DNA from: a bacterium
GTDB lineage: Bacteria; Patescibacteriota; Dojkabacteria; JAKAPS01; JAJZLI01
Assembly (NCBI GenBank): GCA_027459825.1
Contig: DAIDGT010000001.1
Coordinates: 37,884 to 101,883 of the forward strand
Length of the DNA: 64,000 nt
Reading direction: 5' to 3'
How positions within the stretch are numbered: the stretch's first letter is position 1; each line of letters starts with the position of its first letter. Of the stretch, positions 1 to 9,552 are shown piece by piece. Under the pieces are notes generated by a model. The model had not been told where the DNA came from. It did not search any database and saw nothing but the letters and a program-made list of their open reading frames with translations. Made by a program: the position numbers and the translations under genes.

Positions 1-182
1 CTCTATTTTCACAAAGAATTGTTCAACTATCTGAACATCTTAAGAAAAATAGGAAGGATAACCACTCAAGGAGAGGACTCTTTCAGATTATAGGGAAGAG
101 AAGAAGACTTCTCCAATTTATCGAAAATAAAGATAAATCAAGATATCAAACATTAATCAAAAAGTTAGGATTGAAGAAATAA
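1..182 (+). CDS. rpsO: 30S ribosomal protein S15, 3' part (5'-truncated by window edge)
   Basis: Frame from nt 3 reads LFSQRIVQLSEHLKKNRKDNHSRRGLFQIIGKRRRLLQFIENKDKSRYQTLIKKLGLKK*, with the S15 motif HLxxxxKDxHSRRGL. The stop TAA overlaps the pnp ATG (TAATG). Not in the ORF track. Confidence 0.95.
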   Translation, partial: LFSQRIVQLSEHLKKNRKDNHSRRGLFQIIGKRRRLLQFIENKDKSRYQTLIKKLGLKK

Positions 183-2239
183 TGAATATTGTCAAAAAGG
201 AATCTCAAATAGGAAATCACACAATATCCTTTGAAACTGGAAGACTTGCTCAAAAAGCAACTTCATCTATATTAGCTCAAATGGGAGAAACTGTAGTGCT
301 TGCAACCGTCGTTGTTGGCGAAGCAAAGGAGGGCGTAGATTTTTTTCCATTAACAGTTGAATATATTGAAAAACTTTATGCAGGAGGAATGATCTCATCT
401 TCAAGATTTATAAAAAGAGAAGGGAGACCATCTCCAAATGAGATATTAAAAGCAAGAATAATAGACAGATCTATTAGACCAATATTTAAGGATGATTTCT
501 TAAATGAAGTACAAATTGCAGTAACGGTGCTTTCATATGATAAACTAAATGACCCCTCAATACTAGCAGTAAATGCTGTATCGCTTGCACTACTTGCTGC
601 AGGATTACCATTTGAAGGTCCAGTTGCAAGTGTAAAGGTTGGAGAGGTTGAAGGTAACTTTGTCTTAAATCCCACAAATTTAGAAATTGATAATTCTTCT
701 CTAAATTTAATTGTATCAGCAACAGAAAATTCCATATCAATGATAGAGGCAGGGGCTGATAGTATAAAAGAAGATAGAATGGTAGAAGCCATTGAATTCG
801 CTCAAAAAAGTGCTCAAAAAATATTAGAGTTACAGGAGGTGTTTTTGAAAGAAATAGAACCTAAGGAATTTGAATATACACCTCATATCATAGACAAAGA
901 ATTGTGTGATCTCATACAAAAGAAATACTATGGAAGAATTGAAAAGTCCATATGGGAAGAGAAAGATAAGAATCTATTTAAAGATATTATAGAAGATTTA
1001 AAAGATAAATATGAAGTTGGGGCAATAAGTGAGGTTATAACAAAATTGGAAAAACAGACTACTAGGGAAGGAATATTAAATAAGCAGGTAAGACCAGACA
1101 AAAGAAAGCTTAATGAGATCAGACCTTTATACATAGATATTGATATACTTCCAAGGACTCATGGATCAGCACTTTTCCAAAGAGGAGAAACACAAGTGTT
1201 ATCTATAGTAACTTTAGCTGCAGGAAAACAAGGTCAACTTATAGAAAGCATATATGGAGAAGAAATAAAGAGGTATATGCACCACTATAACTTTCCAGGC
1301 TGGTCAGTAGGAGAGATAAGTAAGAACCTATACTACCCTTCAAGAAGAGACATTGGACACGGAGCATTAGCTGAAAGAGCATTAGAAAGGCAAATTCCAC
1401 CTTTATCTGAATTTCCTTATGCAATACGGGTTGTCTCAGAAACACTAGCTTCAAATGGTTCATCTTCAATGGCATCAGTATGTGGATCAACTCTATCTCT
1501 TATGGCAGCGGGAGTACCTATAAAATCACCAATATCAGGTGTTGCTATGGGACTTGTTGCTGATGAAGAAAAGGGTGAGTATGTAGTATTAACAGACATA
1601 CAGGGACCAGAAGACCACTTTGGAGATATGGATTTTAAAGTTGCAGGTTCAAGAGAAGGTATTACTGCTCTTCAAATGGATAACAAGCTCAAAGGTATCC
1701 CTGTAGAGGTATTAAAAAAAGCTTTAATACAGGCTAAGGAAGGTAGAGAGTTCATCTTAAATAAAATGCTTGAAGTAATATCACAATCAAGAACTGATAT
1801 TTCACAATATGCACCTGTTATAGAAACTATACAAATAGAAGTAAGTAAAATTGGAGATATAATCGGATCAGGAGGAAAAACTATTAAAGGTATAATAGAA
1901 AAATCTGGAGCTGATGTAAGCGTAGAAGAAGATGGGACGGTATCTGTATCTGCTCAAAATAAAGAACAAAGAGAGATAGCTGTTAAAATGATAAAAGACA
2001 TTACACAGGAGGCAGAAACAGGAAAGGTATATGATGGAAAGGTTGTAAAGATTACTACATTTGGAGCATTTGTTGATGTAAGTCCAAATATATCAGGGCT
2101 TGTACATGTATCTGAGATGAAGGACGGATTTGTAAAAAGTCCAGAAACAGTTGTAAAAATTGGACAGATGGTAAAAGTCAAGGTACTTGGGAGAGATGAT
2201 CAAGGAAGACTCAAATTATCAATGAAGGGAATATCTTAA
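182..2239 (+). CDS. pnp: Polyribonucleotide nucleotidyltransferase (PNPase)
   Basis: FFPLTVEY, RRDIGHGALAERAL, SNGSSSMAS and GDMDFKVAG motifs; C-terminal KH (IIGSGGKTIK) and S1 domains; follows rpsO. Confidence 0.98.
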   Translation: MNIVKKESQIGNHTISFETGRLAQKATSSILAQMGETVVLATVVVGEAKEGVDFFPLTVEYIEKLYAGGMISSSRFIKREGRPSPNEILKARIIDRSIRPIFKDDFLNEVQIAVTVLSYDKLNDPSILAVNAVSLALLAAGLPFEGPVASVKVGEVEGNFVLNPTNLEIDNSSLNLIVSATENSISMIEAGADSIKEDRMVEAIEFAQKSAQKILELQEVFLKEIEPKEFEYTPHIIDKELCDLIQKKYYGRIEKSIWEEKDKNLFKDIIEDLKDKYEVGAISEVITKLEKQTTREGILNKQVRPDKRKLNEIRPLYIDIDILPRTHGSALFQRGETQVLSIVTLAAGKQGQLIESIYGEEIKRYMHHYNFPGWSVGEISKNLYYPSRRDIGHGALAERALERQIPPLSEFPYAIRVVSETLASNGSSSMASVCGSTLSLMAAGVPIKSPISGVAMGLVADEEKGEYVVLTDIQGPEDHFGDMDFKVAGSREGITALQMDNKLKGIPVEVLKKALIQAKEGREFILNKMLEVISQSRTDISQYAPVIETIQIEVSKIGDIIGSGGKTIKGIIEKSGADVSVEEDGTVSVSAQNKEQREIAVKMIKDITQEAETGKVYDGKVVKITTFGAFVDVSPNISGLVHVSEMKDGFVKSPETVVKIGQMVKVKVLGRDDQGRLKLSMKGIS

Positions 2240-3339
2240 TTCATCAGGGAACTCAGTATTTTAGAAACATCCTCAGGTGACTTATTGGTATTAAAAGTAT
2301 ATACACTTCCCTCAAACTTAACCTCATCAAAATTTGAAGATAAATTACTAACCCCAGGATCATAAGTAAAGAATTTAGCATATACTTTTACCTTTTTATC
2401 AATAATGGAAAGTATAAAAGCAAAGCTGATATCACGAATATATAATGTTTCTAATAATCCATATGGATTAACTAGTATACCATCAACGGAAGATCTCACA
2501 TATTTTATATCACCAATATTTCCCTCCTGAGCATTCCTAATTACGGATTCCTTAACCTTTAGGTCTTGAAGATCAAAACTACCAGAAATACACCTTATGG
2601 CATAAGACATATCAGCTCCAAGGCTTACAAGAGAAGAAATATCCTTAAATACATCGAAAGGAATATTAGAAGCTCGTAATAGATCAGATTTATACAATAT
2701 CCCAATAAGTATAAGCTCTAAATATTCTTTATCAAAATTAAATTTCAAATCATTGGATAATTCAAGTAATACCTGAGACGTACTTAATTTATCTCTCGTG
2801 ATATTACAATCTCCATAATGAGAATTATCTGCGTGAGAATCTATATTCATAATAGAAAGTGAAGATCTAACAGGCATAATTACCTTTGAAAGCTGTCCAG
2901 TAAATTTCAAATACGGAGTATCAACTAATATCACAAGGTCATATGTAAACCCAATTCTACTGACTTTCACTGAATCAGTATCAAGATCACCTTTTAATAA
3001 CTTTACATTCAAAGTAAAGTTATCCTCATCAGGTATATAATTAACAGTATCTATCTGAGCTATCTTCTTAGGAATAGAGATAGTATATTTAGATTCTTCC
3101 AATACTTTAATTACAGGAATATTATCATCAGAAACAACCTTCATTAAAAACCCTAAACGCTCTGGTAAATTAGGAAGATAAATGGTTGTTTTTTTATCTT
3201 TATATAGTAAGCTTAGAAGTTTATATAAAAGAATAATAGAAGATATGCTATCTATTGTTGGCCTTGTATGGGAAGCAATAAGGATATTAGACTTAGTTTT
3301 TAATAAATTTTGTAATTCCAATAAATCTTTATTATTCAT
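2236..3339 (-). CDS. DHH-family (NrnA-like) protein with degenerate catalytic motifs
   Basis: ILIASHTRPTIDS (cf. HxxPDxD), DLVILVDT, NIDSHADN (cf. IDHH), STSQV; lies downstream of infB, the usual position for this family. Confidence 0.75.
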   Translation of the reverse strand: MNNKDLLELQNLLKTKSNILIASHTRPTIDSISSIILLYKLLSLLYKDKKTTIYLPNLPERLGFLMKVVSDDNIPVIKVLEESKYTISIPKKIAQIDTVNYIPDEDNFTLNVKLLKGDLDTDSVKVSRIGFTYDLVILVDTPYLKFTGQLSKVIMPVRSSLSIMNIDSHADNSHYGDCNITRDKLSTSQVLLELSNDLKFNFDKEYLELILIGILYKSDLLRASNIPFDVFKDISSLVSLGADMSYAIRCISGSFDLQDLKVKESVIRNAQEGNIGDIKYVRSSVDGILVNPYGLLETLYIRDISFAFILSIIDKKVKVYAKFFTYDPGVSNLSSNFDEVKFEGSVYTFNTNKSPEDVSKILSSLMN

Positions 3340-3363
3340 AACACTCAGATATTATTGGGCAGA

Positions 3364-4896
3364 TCAATTTTTTTCAACCTTAAAACATGTAATTACATCT
3401 CCTACCTCAGCAGTAAAAACAGGATTCAGAATGATACCACATTCACTTCCAGCTGCAACCTCTTTCACAGAATCCTTTAAATGTTTTAGAGAAGAAATTT
3501 TACCAGAGTAAATCACTTCTCCCGCTCTTTCAATCTTACACCTATAGTTTATCATAATTTTACCTGAATCTACTAAGCTTCCTGCTACAGAAGATTTGTT
3601 AGAGAGAGTAAAAACATTAATAACATTAGCTTTGCCAACCTCAACTTCATATTCTTCAGGAGGAATTAATGCCTCAATAGCACCAATAACATCATCTACA
3701 AGCTGATATATAACATCATAACTTAAAACGATAATCCTTTGGGCTTCTGCAACATGTTTTAATCTTGGCGGAATTTTTATTTTAAAACCCAATATAATAG
3801 ATCTGGTATTCTTAGCTAAAGTAAGGTCTTCATCAGAAACATCACCACTCTCAGCTTTCACTACAGAAACCTTTACTTCACCACTATCAATCTTACCTAA
3901 GGCATTCTTCAGTGCATCAATAGAGCCTGTACTATCAGCTTTTAGAATAATGGATATTTTTTTCTCATCAGGATTTCCTTGATTTTGAAATATATCTTCA
4001 ATGCTACCACCAGTATTATCTTCCATACTCTCAAGAAGATCATTTTCACTTTTTGACATAGAAGATAAAAGTACATCTTTATCTTTTGAAAAATAAATTC
4101 TTTCACCTATAGGAATAAGTGAATTTGCGCCAGCAATATATACGGGTAACCCAGCAGAAACCTCTTTTACTGAATTGAAATTACCGTCTTTTAACATTCT
4201 AATTTTTCCTAGAAATTCACTACCACTTCTTATGTAATACCCAGGAAACATGTTTCCATCTTCAACCAAACATAAACTAACATTTCCTATATGATTATCC
4301 TTATATGACTCAAGCACTACCAGAGAGTCTTTATAATCACTTTCTTTAACATCCATAGTATCATACAGAAGGAATATCATATCTAAAAGATCGTTAATTC
4401 CTTTTTTATTTTTTGCACTAATCTGAACAAAAGGAATATCTCCACCATATCCTTCAAGAAGAATTCCTCTATTTGCAAGATCAGTTTTAATTTTATCTAT
4501 ATTTGCATTAGGAAGATCAACTTTATTAAAGACAACAATTGTTTTTAGATTTGACTTTTTTATAAGATCAATAACTTCAAGCGTTTGTGGCATTACACCA
4601 TCATCAACAGCAATCACAAGTAATACAATATCAGCAATTAACACACCTCTCTCCCTCATTCCATTAAATAATTCATGACCTGGAGTATCAACAAATGTAA
4701 TGTCTCTATTATCAAACTTTACACTAAAAGCAGATATATTCTGCGTTATACCTCCAGATTCTTGAGATACAACATTAGCACCTCTTATCGCATCCAAAAT
4801 TGAAGTTTTTCCATGATCAACATGCCCCATTAAAGTAACTATTGGAGGTCGTCTTACAATAATAGTATTTTGTTTTTTTTCTTTAGATTGAGCCAT
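3364..4896 (-). CDS. infB: Translation initiation factor IF-2 (short form lacking the long N-terminal region)
   Basis: RPPIVTLMGHVDHGKTS, GGITQ, DTPGHE, NKVD, SLKHLKDSVKEV..G.ECGI. Confidence 0.97.
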   Translation of the reverse strand: MAQSKEKKQNTIIVRRPPIVTLMGHVDHGKTSILDAIRGANVVSQESGGITQNISAFSVKFDNRDITFVDTPGHELFNGMRERGVLIADIVLLVIAVDDGVMPQTLEVIDLIKKSNLKTIVVFNKVDLPNANIDKIKTDLANRGILLEGYGGDIPFVQISAKNKKGINDLLDMIFLLYDTMDVKESDYKDSLVVLESYKDNHIGNVSLCLVEDGNMFPGYYIRSGSEFLGKIRMLKDGNFNSVKEVSAGLPVYIAGANSLIPIGERIYFSKDKDVLLSSMSKSENDLLESMEDNTGGSIEDIFQNQGNPDEKKISIILKADSTGSIDALKNALGKIDSGEVKVSVVKAESGDVSDEDLTLAKNTRSIILGFKIKIPPRLKHVAEAQRIIVLSYDVIYQLVDDVIGAIEALIPPEEYEVEVGKANVINVFTLSNKSSVAGSLVDSGKIMINYRCKIERAGEVIYSGKISSLKHLKDSVKEVAAGSECGIILNPVFTAEVGDVITCFKVEKN

Positions 4897-4904
4897 TTAA
4901 TAAG

Positions 4905-4913
4905 AGTATATCA
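4905..4913 (-). promoter_or_regulatory. Extended -10 promoter (TGaTATACT) 8 nt upstream of the infB ATG
   Basis: Minus strand reads tgatatact-cttattaa-ATG; no Shine-Dalgarno site. Confidence 0.55.
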
Positions 4914-4934
4914 TAAAAAAAAGCACTAAAACAA

Positions 4935-4962
4935 AAAATTTGTTATTTAGACAACAAATTTT
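4935..4962 (-). terminator. AU-rich hairpin, possible intrinsic terminator downstream of nusA
   Basis: Inverted repeat aaaatttgtt-N8-aacaaatttt, followed by a T-rich run on the minus strand. Confidence 0.35.
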
Positions 4963-5013
4963 AACAATCAACTATAAGTAAAAAGGAAATTGTATAAAGA
5001 GTACAATACAAAA

Positions 5014-6060
5014 TTATTCTTCCTCTGAGGAATTGCTTGCCTCTGAGGACACACTATCAGATACAGGTTCTTCCTGACTTTCAACTTCTACATTATCTTC
5101 ATTATTACCTTCAGGAGAATCACCTTCTATATCAATCTTCCACCCTGTAAGTTTCGCTGCAAGCCTAACATTCTGACCATCCTTGCCTATAGCAAGAGAT
5201 AACTGATCAGAAGCAACTATAACTTTTGCAGTTTTCTCATCCTCATCTAATGTAATCTCTAAAGGTTTTGCAGGAGATAAAGCATTACGAATATACTTCT
5301 GAATATCTTCATCATACTGAATAATATCAATTTTTTCAGACCCAAGTTCATTGGTCATTGCAACTATCCTCATACCTCTTTGACCTACACATGCACCGAT
5401 AGGGTCAATGCCAGCAACATCAGATGTTACAGAAACCTTAGTTCTAGCTCCTGCCTCACGAGCAATATCTTTTATAACGACAGTACCATTTGCTACCTCA
5501 GGAATTTCATTTTCAAATAGAGCTTTAATAACCAAATCTGAAGATCTAGACACAACAATCCTTTTCTGACCAAAAGGAGTCTCTGTAAATTCTTTTAAAT
5601 AAACTTTAATTTTCATTCCAGGCCTATACATTTCTCCATATATCTGTTCTGATGGAGGAAGGATTGCTGCAAGTTTACCTATCTCAACAATAACATTCTG
5701 GCCATCAAACCTTTGAACAACACCCATCTCTAAAGTTCCCATCTTCTTTTCAAATTGAGCCATAACAGAATCCCTTTCAGCCTCAGTAACCTTTTGTAAA
5801 ATTACTTGCTTTGCTGTTTGAGATGCAATTCTACCAAATTCCCTAGGGGTCTTCTCCTCCTTTCCATCAATAAAAATAGAAAATGAACCATTATCATCGT
5901 TAATCTTTGCAGTAATTTCTGCATCTTTATCTGGATCAAAATCCCTCCTGTATGCAGCAACAATTGCCTCAGAAACAGCACCTAATACTTCTTCAGCATC
6001 AATACCTCTCTCGGAAGCAATTTGTCTTATAGCAAGCAAAAAATCTGATTGAACAGCCAT
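5014..6060 (-). CDS. nusA: Transcription termination factor NusA
   Basis: FGRIASQTAKQVILQK, S1 domain, AREAGARTKV, DPIGACVGQRG, LSLAIGKDGQNVRLAAKLTGWKIDI. Confidence 0.98.
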   Translation of the reverse strand: MAVQSDFLLAIRQIASERGIDAEEVLGAVSEAIVAAYRRDFDPDKDAEITAKINDDNGSFSIFIDGKEEKTPREFGRIASQTAKQVILQKVTEAERDSVMAQFEKKMGTLEMGVVQRFDGQNVIVEIGKLAAILPPSEQIYGEMYRPGMKIKVYLKEFTETPFGQKRIVVSRSSDLVIKALFENEIPEVANGTVVIKDIAREAGARTKVSVTSDVAGIDPIGACVGQRGMRIVAMTNELGSEKIDIIQYDEDIQKYIRNALSPAKPLEITLDEDEKTAKVIVASDQLSLAIGKDGQNVRLAAKLTGWKIDIEGDSPEGNNEDNVEVESQEEPVSDSVSSEASNSSEEE

Positions 6061-6129
6061 AGTTTTAGTATATTAATTAATGCAAGAAGTATATCATATA
6101 AAGAAAGAAATTAGAAATTGGAATACTCC

Positions 6130-6157
6130 TTGAAAAGTAGTGTTAATAAAATATAAT
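6130..6157 (+). promoter_or_regulatory. Sigma70-type promoter for the VIT1-Lon(AAA)-UDG operon
   Basis: TTGAAA-16 bp-TATAAT, ending 8 nt before the ATG at 6166. Confidence 0.55.
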
Positions 6158-6165
6158 AAAGAGAT

Positions 6166-6804
6166 ATGAGAAAAAATAAATTTCTATCCCAGACAAGACA
6201 AATCATTTTTGGAATGCAGGATGGACTTATATCTATTTTGGTATTAACAACAACTCTATCATCTGTAGCAGAAAGTAATTATTTAATAATAGTTGCGGCA
6301 ATTTCTGCCGCATTAGGAGGGGCAGTATCTATGGCAGCGGGAATGTATCTTGGATCAAAATCTCAAAAAGAGATAAATGTAAAGCAGGAAAGAGAAATAC
6401 AAAATCAAAAGGATGTAGAAAAAATACTAGAAAATGAAGGTGTCTCTTATAAGGATGCAAATTTAATCTCAAAAGAAATGAAACATTACGATAATAATTC
6501 TAAAAAATTTTTACTTTCAAGACTAACTGGAGAGAATATAACAATATCCTCTCCTATTGAAGACAGTATTTTCATAGGAATTTCATTTATACTTGGTGCA
6601 ATAATTCCGGTAATTCCATATTTTATTTTTATAAAAGGAGAAGATGTTATATTCTCAATACTACTAACAGCAATAACCTTAATTTTTATAGGCATAACAA
6701 AAGCAAACTTTGCAGGAAAGTCTAAAACACAGAGCGCATTTGAAATGCTAGTTATAGGGGCTATTGCAGGAATTTTAGGATTTATATTAGGAAAGATAGT
6801 ATGA
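6166..6804 (+). CDS. VIT1/CCC1-family metal (Fe/Mn) transporter
   Basis: IIFGMQDGL, AVSMAAGMYLGSKSQ and SFILGAIIPVIPY motifs; about five TM segments. Confidence 0.9.
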   Translation: MRKNKFLSQTRQIIFGMQDGLISILVLTTTLSSVAESNYLIIVAAISAALGGAVSMAAGMYLGSKSQKEINVKQEREIQNQKDVEKILENEGVSYKDANLISKEMKHYDNNSKKFLLSRLTGENITISSPIEDSIFIGISFILGAIIPVIPYFIFIKGEDVIFSILLTAITLIFIGITKANFAGKSKTQSAFEMLVIGAIAGILGFILGKIV

Positions 6805-7829
6805 CAGAAGATATACAAAAATTACAAGATAAATTAAAAGATTTAGATATTCCTGAAGATTTAAAAGAAAAACTGGATCTTTTAGTTGCAAGACTAGAAA
6901 GGATGTCTAAATTTGAAAATTATTCATCAGAATACGAAACTTTGTCAAGATACATTAATGTTATATCAACATATCCATGGAACAAATATTCTGAAGATAA
7001 TCTAGACTTGGAACACGCAAAATCAGTTTTGGATAAAAACCACTTCGGGATCAATAACGTAAAAGAAAGAGTATTAGAATATCTAGCAATAATGAATTTA
7101 AACATAGATCAGGCTGCGCCAATAATATGTTTTGTAGGTCTTCAAGGAATAGGAAAAACAACAATGTCAAAATCTATAGCTGAGGCTCTAGGTAGAAAAT
7201 TTGTAAGAATATCTCTAGGTGGAATGGCATCAGTGCTAGAGATTCGAGGACAATCAAAAGTAAACCCTGACGCAGAAGAAGGATATATCATAAAATCAAT
7301 AACAAGAGCAGGAACATCCAATCCTGTTATACTACTAGATGAAGTTGATAAAATTTCAGATGAAGCAAATTTAAGATCGGGTATTTTCGCGGCATTACTT
7401 GAAATATTGGATCCTGAACAAAATACTTCTTTCCTTGACCATTACCTTGATTTCCCTGTAAATTTATCAAAAGCCATGTTCATCCTCACTGCAAATAATC
7501 TTGGTACTATCTCGTCAGCATTGCTTGACAGATTAGAAATAATAAGGTTCAGCTCTTATACAGATGAAGAAAAAATGACAATTGCAAAAGAATATTTACT
7601 TCCTAAGGTATATAAAGAAACAGGGTTAACAGAGAATACATTTAAAATTAATGTAGATGTATGGAATAATATAATAAGACCACTAGGTTATGAAGCAGGA
7701 ATCAGGGAACTAGAAAGAACAATAATGGCAATTGCAAGAAAGGTTGCAAAACAAATACTATTAAAGGAAACCTCCCAGGTGATCATAACAAATGAAAATC
7801 TAAAAATATATCTACCAGAAAGATATTAA
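6801..7829 (+). CDS. Lon-like AAA+ ATPase lacking the N-terminal substrate domain and the C-terminal protease domain
   Basis: YPW...LDKNHFGINNVKERVLEYLA, Walker A GLQGIGKT, Walker B ILLDEVDK, ALLEILDPEQNTSFLDHYLD, ALLDRLEII. The protein ends where the Lon protease domain would begin. Confidence 0.88.
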   Translation: MTEDIQKLQDKLKDLDIPEDLKEKLDLLVARLERMSKFENYSSEYETLSRYINVISTYPWNKYSEDNLDLEHAKSVLDKNHFGINNVKERVLEYLAIMNLNIDQAAPIICFVGLQGIGKTTMSKSIAEALGRKFVRISLGGMASVLEIRGQSKVNPDAEEGYIIKSITRAGTSNPVILLDEVDKISDEANLRSGIFAALLEILDPEQNTSFLDHYLDFPVNLSKAMFILTANNLGTISSALLDRLEIIRFSSYTDEEKMTIAKEYLLPKVYKETGLTENTFKINVDVWNNIIRPLGYEAGIRELERTIMAIARKVAKQILLKETSQVIITNENLKIYLPERY

Positions 7830-7835
7830 TATATT

Positions 7836-8444
7836 ATGGACAATTTAGCGCAAGAGGTAATATCATGCACCAAGTGCAAATTATGTAAATCAAGAACCCA
7901 TGCAGTTCCAGGGGAAGGAAATGTACATACAGATATAATATTTGTAGGAGAGGCTCCAGGTGAAAATGAAGATAAAAAAGGAATTCCTTTCTGTGGAGCA
8001 TCAGGAAACTTTTTAGAAAAAATGCTTGAAAGCATAAATATGAAAAGGGGTGAGGTATACATAACAAATATAGTAAAATGCAGACCTCCAGGAAATAGAG
8101 ACCCTGAAGAGGAAGAGATAGAATCATGTAAGGAATATCTTGAAAGACAAATAGACTTCATTAAACCAAAGGTTATATGTACTCTTGGGAGATACTCATT
8201 ACACTATTTTTATCCTGAATTTATTATATCTAAAGTACATGGAAAGATTTATAACTACAAGGATACAATAAAGCTAATTCCCTTATACCATCCAGCAGTA
8301 GGACTATATAGGGATAGTATGAAAAAAGTACTTTTAGATGATTTTAAAATAATAAAAGAAGTAATATCCCAAAATTCCACTACACAACAAGAGAAAAAAA
8401 TACCCTCATCATCTAAACAAGAAGAGTTTGATCTATCTTCTTAA
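7836..8444 (+). CDS. Uracil-DNA glycosylase, family 4 (Fe-S)
   Basis: CxxCx[32 protein letters not shown]. Confidence 0.95.
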   Translation: MDNLAQEVISCTKCKLCKSRTHAVPGEGNVHTDIIFVGEAPGENEDKKGIPFCGASGNFLEKMLESINMKRGEVYITNIVKCRPPGNRDPEEEEIESCKEYLERQIDFIKPKVICTLGRYSLHYFYPEFIISKVHGKIYNYKDTIKLIPLYHPAVGLYRDSMKKVLLDDFKIIKEVISQNSTTQQEKKIPSSSKQEEFDLSS

Positions 8445-9524
8445 AAGGTTATAAATTCGTTTTTCCTCAGCAGATAGTTTTTTAGGTGTAACTATAGTTA
8501 CCTTAACATACAAATTACCAATAGACCTACCATGCATAGCTGGGAGTCCCATAGATTTTATAACAAATCTATCCCCATATGATGTACCCTCAGGAATTTT
8601 TAAATTAACATTTCCATATAAAGTTTTTATAGGAATAATACCCCCTAGAACAGCAGTAGGAATATCAATAGATACTGAAGTTTCCAGGTCATTACCGTCT
8701 CTTTTATAATTAGTATTATTTCTAACACGAACAGTAATAAATAGATCTCCAGAAGAAGTATTATTTTCACCAATAGAACCTTCTCCACGAAAACGCAGAG
8801 TTGTATTATCTTCAACCCCACGAGGGATCTTTATGTCCATTTTCTTCAATATACGAACTCTTCCTGCTCCAGAACAACCATTACATTTATCAGTAATAAT
8901 ACGACCCTTACCTTTACAATTAGAACAAATACTATCAATAGCTATATTCCCAATAAAACTTTGCGTTACTTTCCTTACATGACCAGATCCTTTACATACA
9001 GAACATACTTGAGATTTTCCACTACGGGAGCCAGAACCTGAGCAAACCTTACATTTTGACATAACATAAAATGATACTTCTGTTTCAATATCATTTATAA
9101 TTTTACTCATATCAACCTCTATTCCTAACCTAATATCTAAATCTTCTACTGCAGTTTCTCTTTGACTTTGTCCTGTAAAATTTCCAAAACCCGAAGAGAA
9201 TAGATCTGAAAAAATATCTTCAAATCCACCAAAGTTAGACCCAAAACCTGAAGAGAAATCTCCTCCTCCAGAAAATCCTGAAGAAGAACCTCCACCAGGA
9301 GAAAATCCTTGAAAATCAGCATTTCCATATCTATCATAATTCTGTCTTTTTTGAGAATCAGAAAGTACAGAATATGCCTCATTTATCTCTTTAAATTTTT
9401 CCGCCGCATTGGCAGATTTGTTTTTATCTGGGTGATATTCTCCAGCAAGTTTTCGGAAAGCACGTTTTATCTCCTGATCACTTGCATCCTTAGAAACACC
9501 AAGAACACTATAATAATCCTTCAT
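8433..9524 (-). CDS. dnaJ: Chaperone DnaJ
   Basis: J domain with HPD, G/F-rich linker, four CxxCxGxG repeats, C-terminal domain. Confidence 0.97.
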   Translation of the reverse strand: MKDYYSVLGVSKDASDQEIKRAFRKLAGEYHPDKNKSANAAEKFKEINEAYSVLSDSQKRQNYDRYGNADFQGFSPGGGSSSGFSGGGDFSSGFGSNFGGFEDIFSDLFSSGFGNFTGQSQRETAVEDLDIRLGIEVDMSKIINDIETEVSFYVMSKCKVCSGSGSRSGKSQVCSVCKGSGHVRKVTQSFIGNIAIDSICSNCKGKGRIITDKCNGCSGAGRVRILKKMDIKIPRGVEDNTTLRFRGEGSIGENNTSSGDLFITVRVRNNTNYKRDGNDLETSVSIDIPTAVLGGIIPIKTLYGNVNLKIPEGTSYGDRFVIKSMGLPAMHGRSIGNLYVKVTIVTPKKLSAEEKRIYNLLRR

Positions 9525-9552
9525 AATTTATGAAAATATTTTAACATATAAA

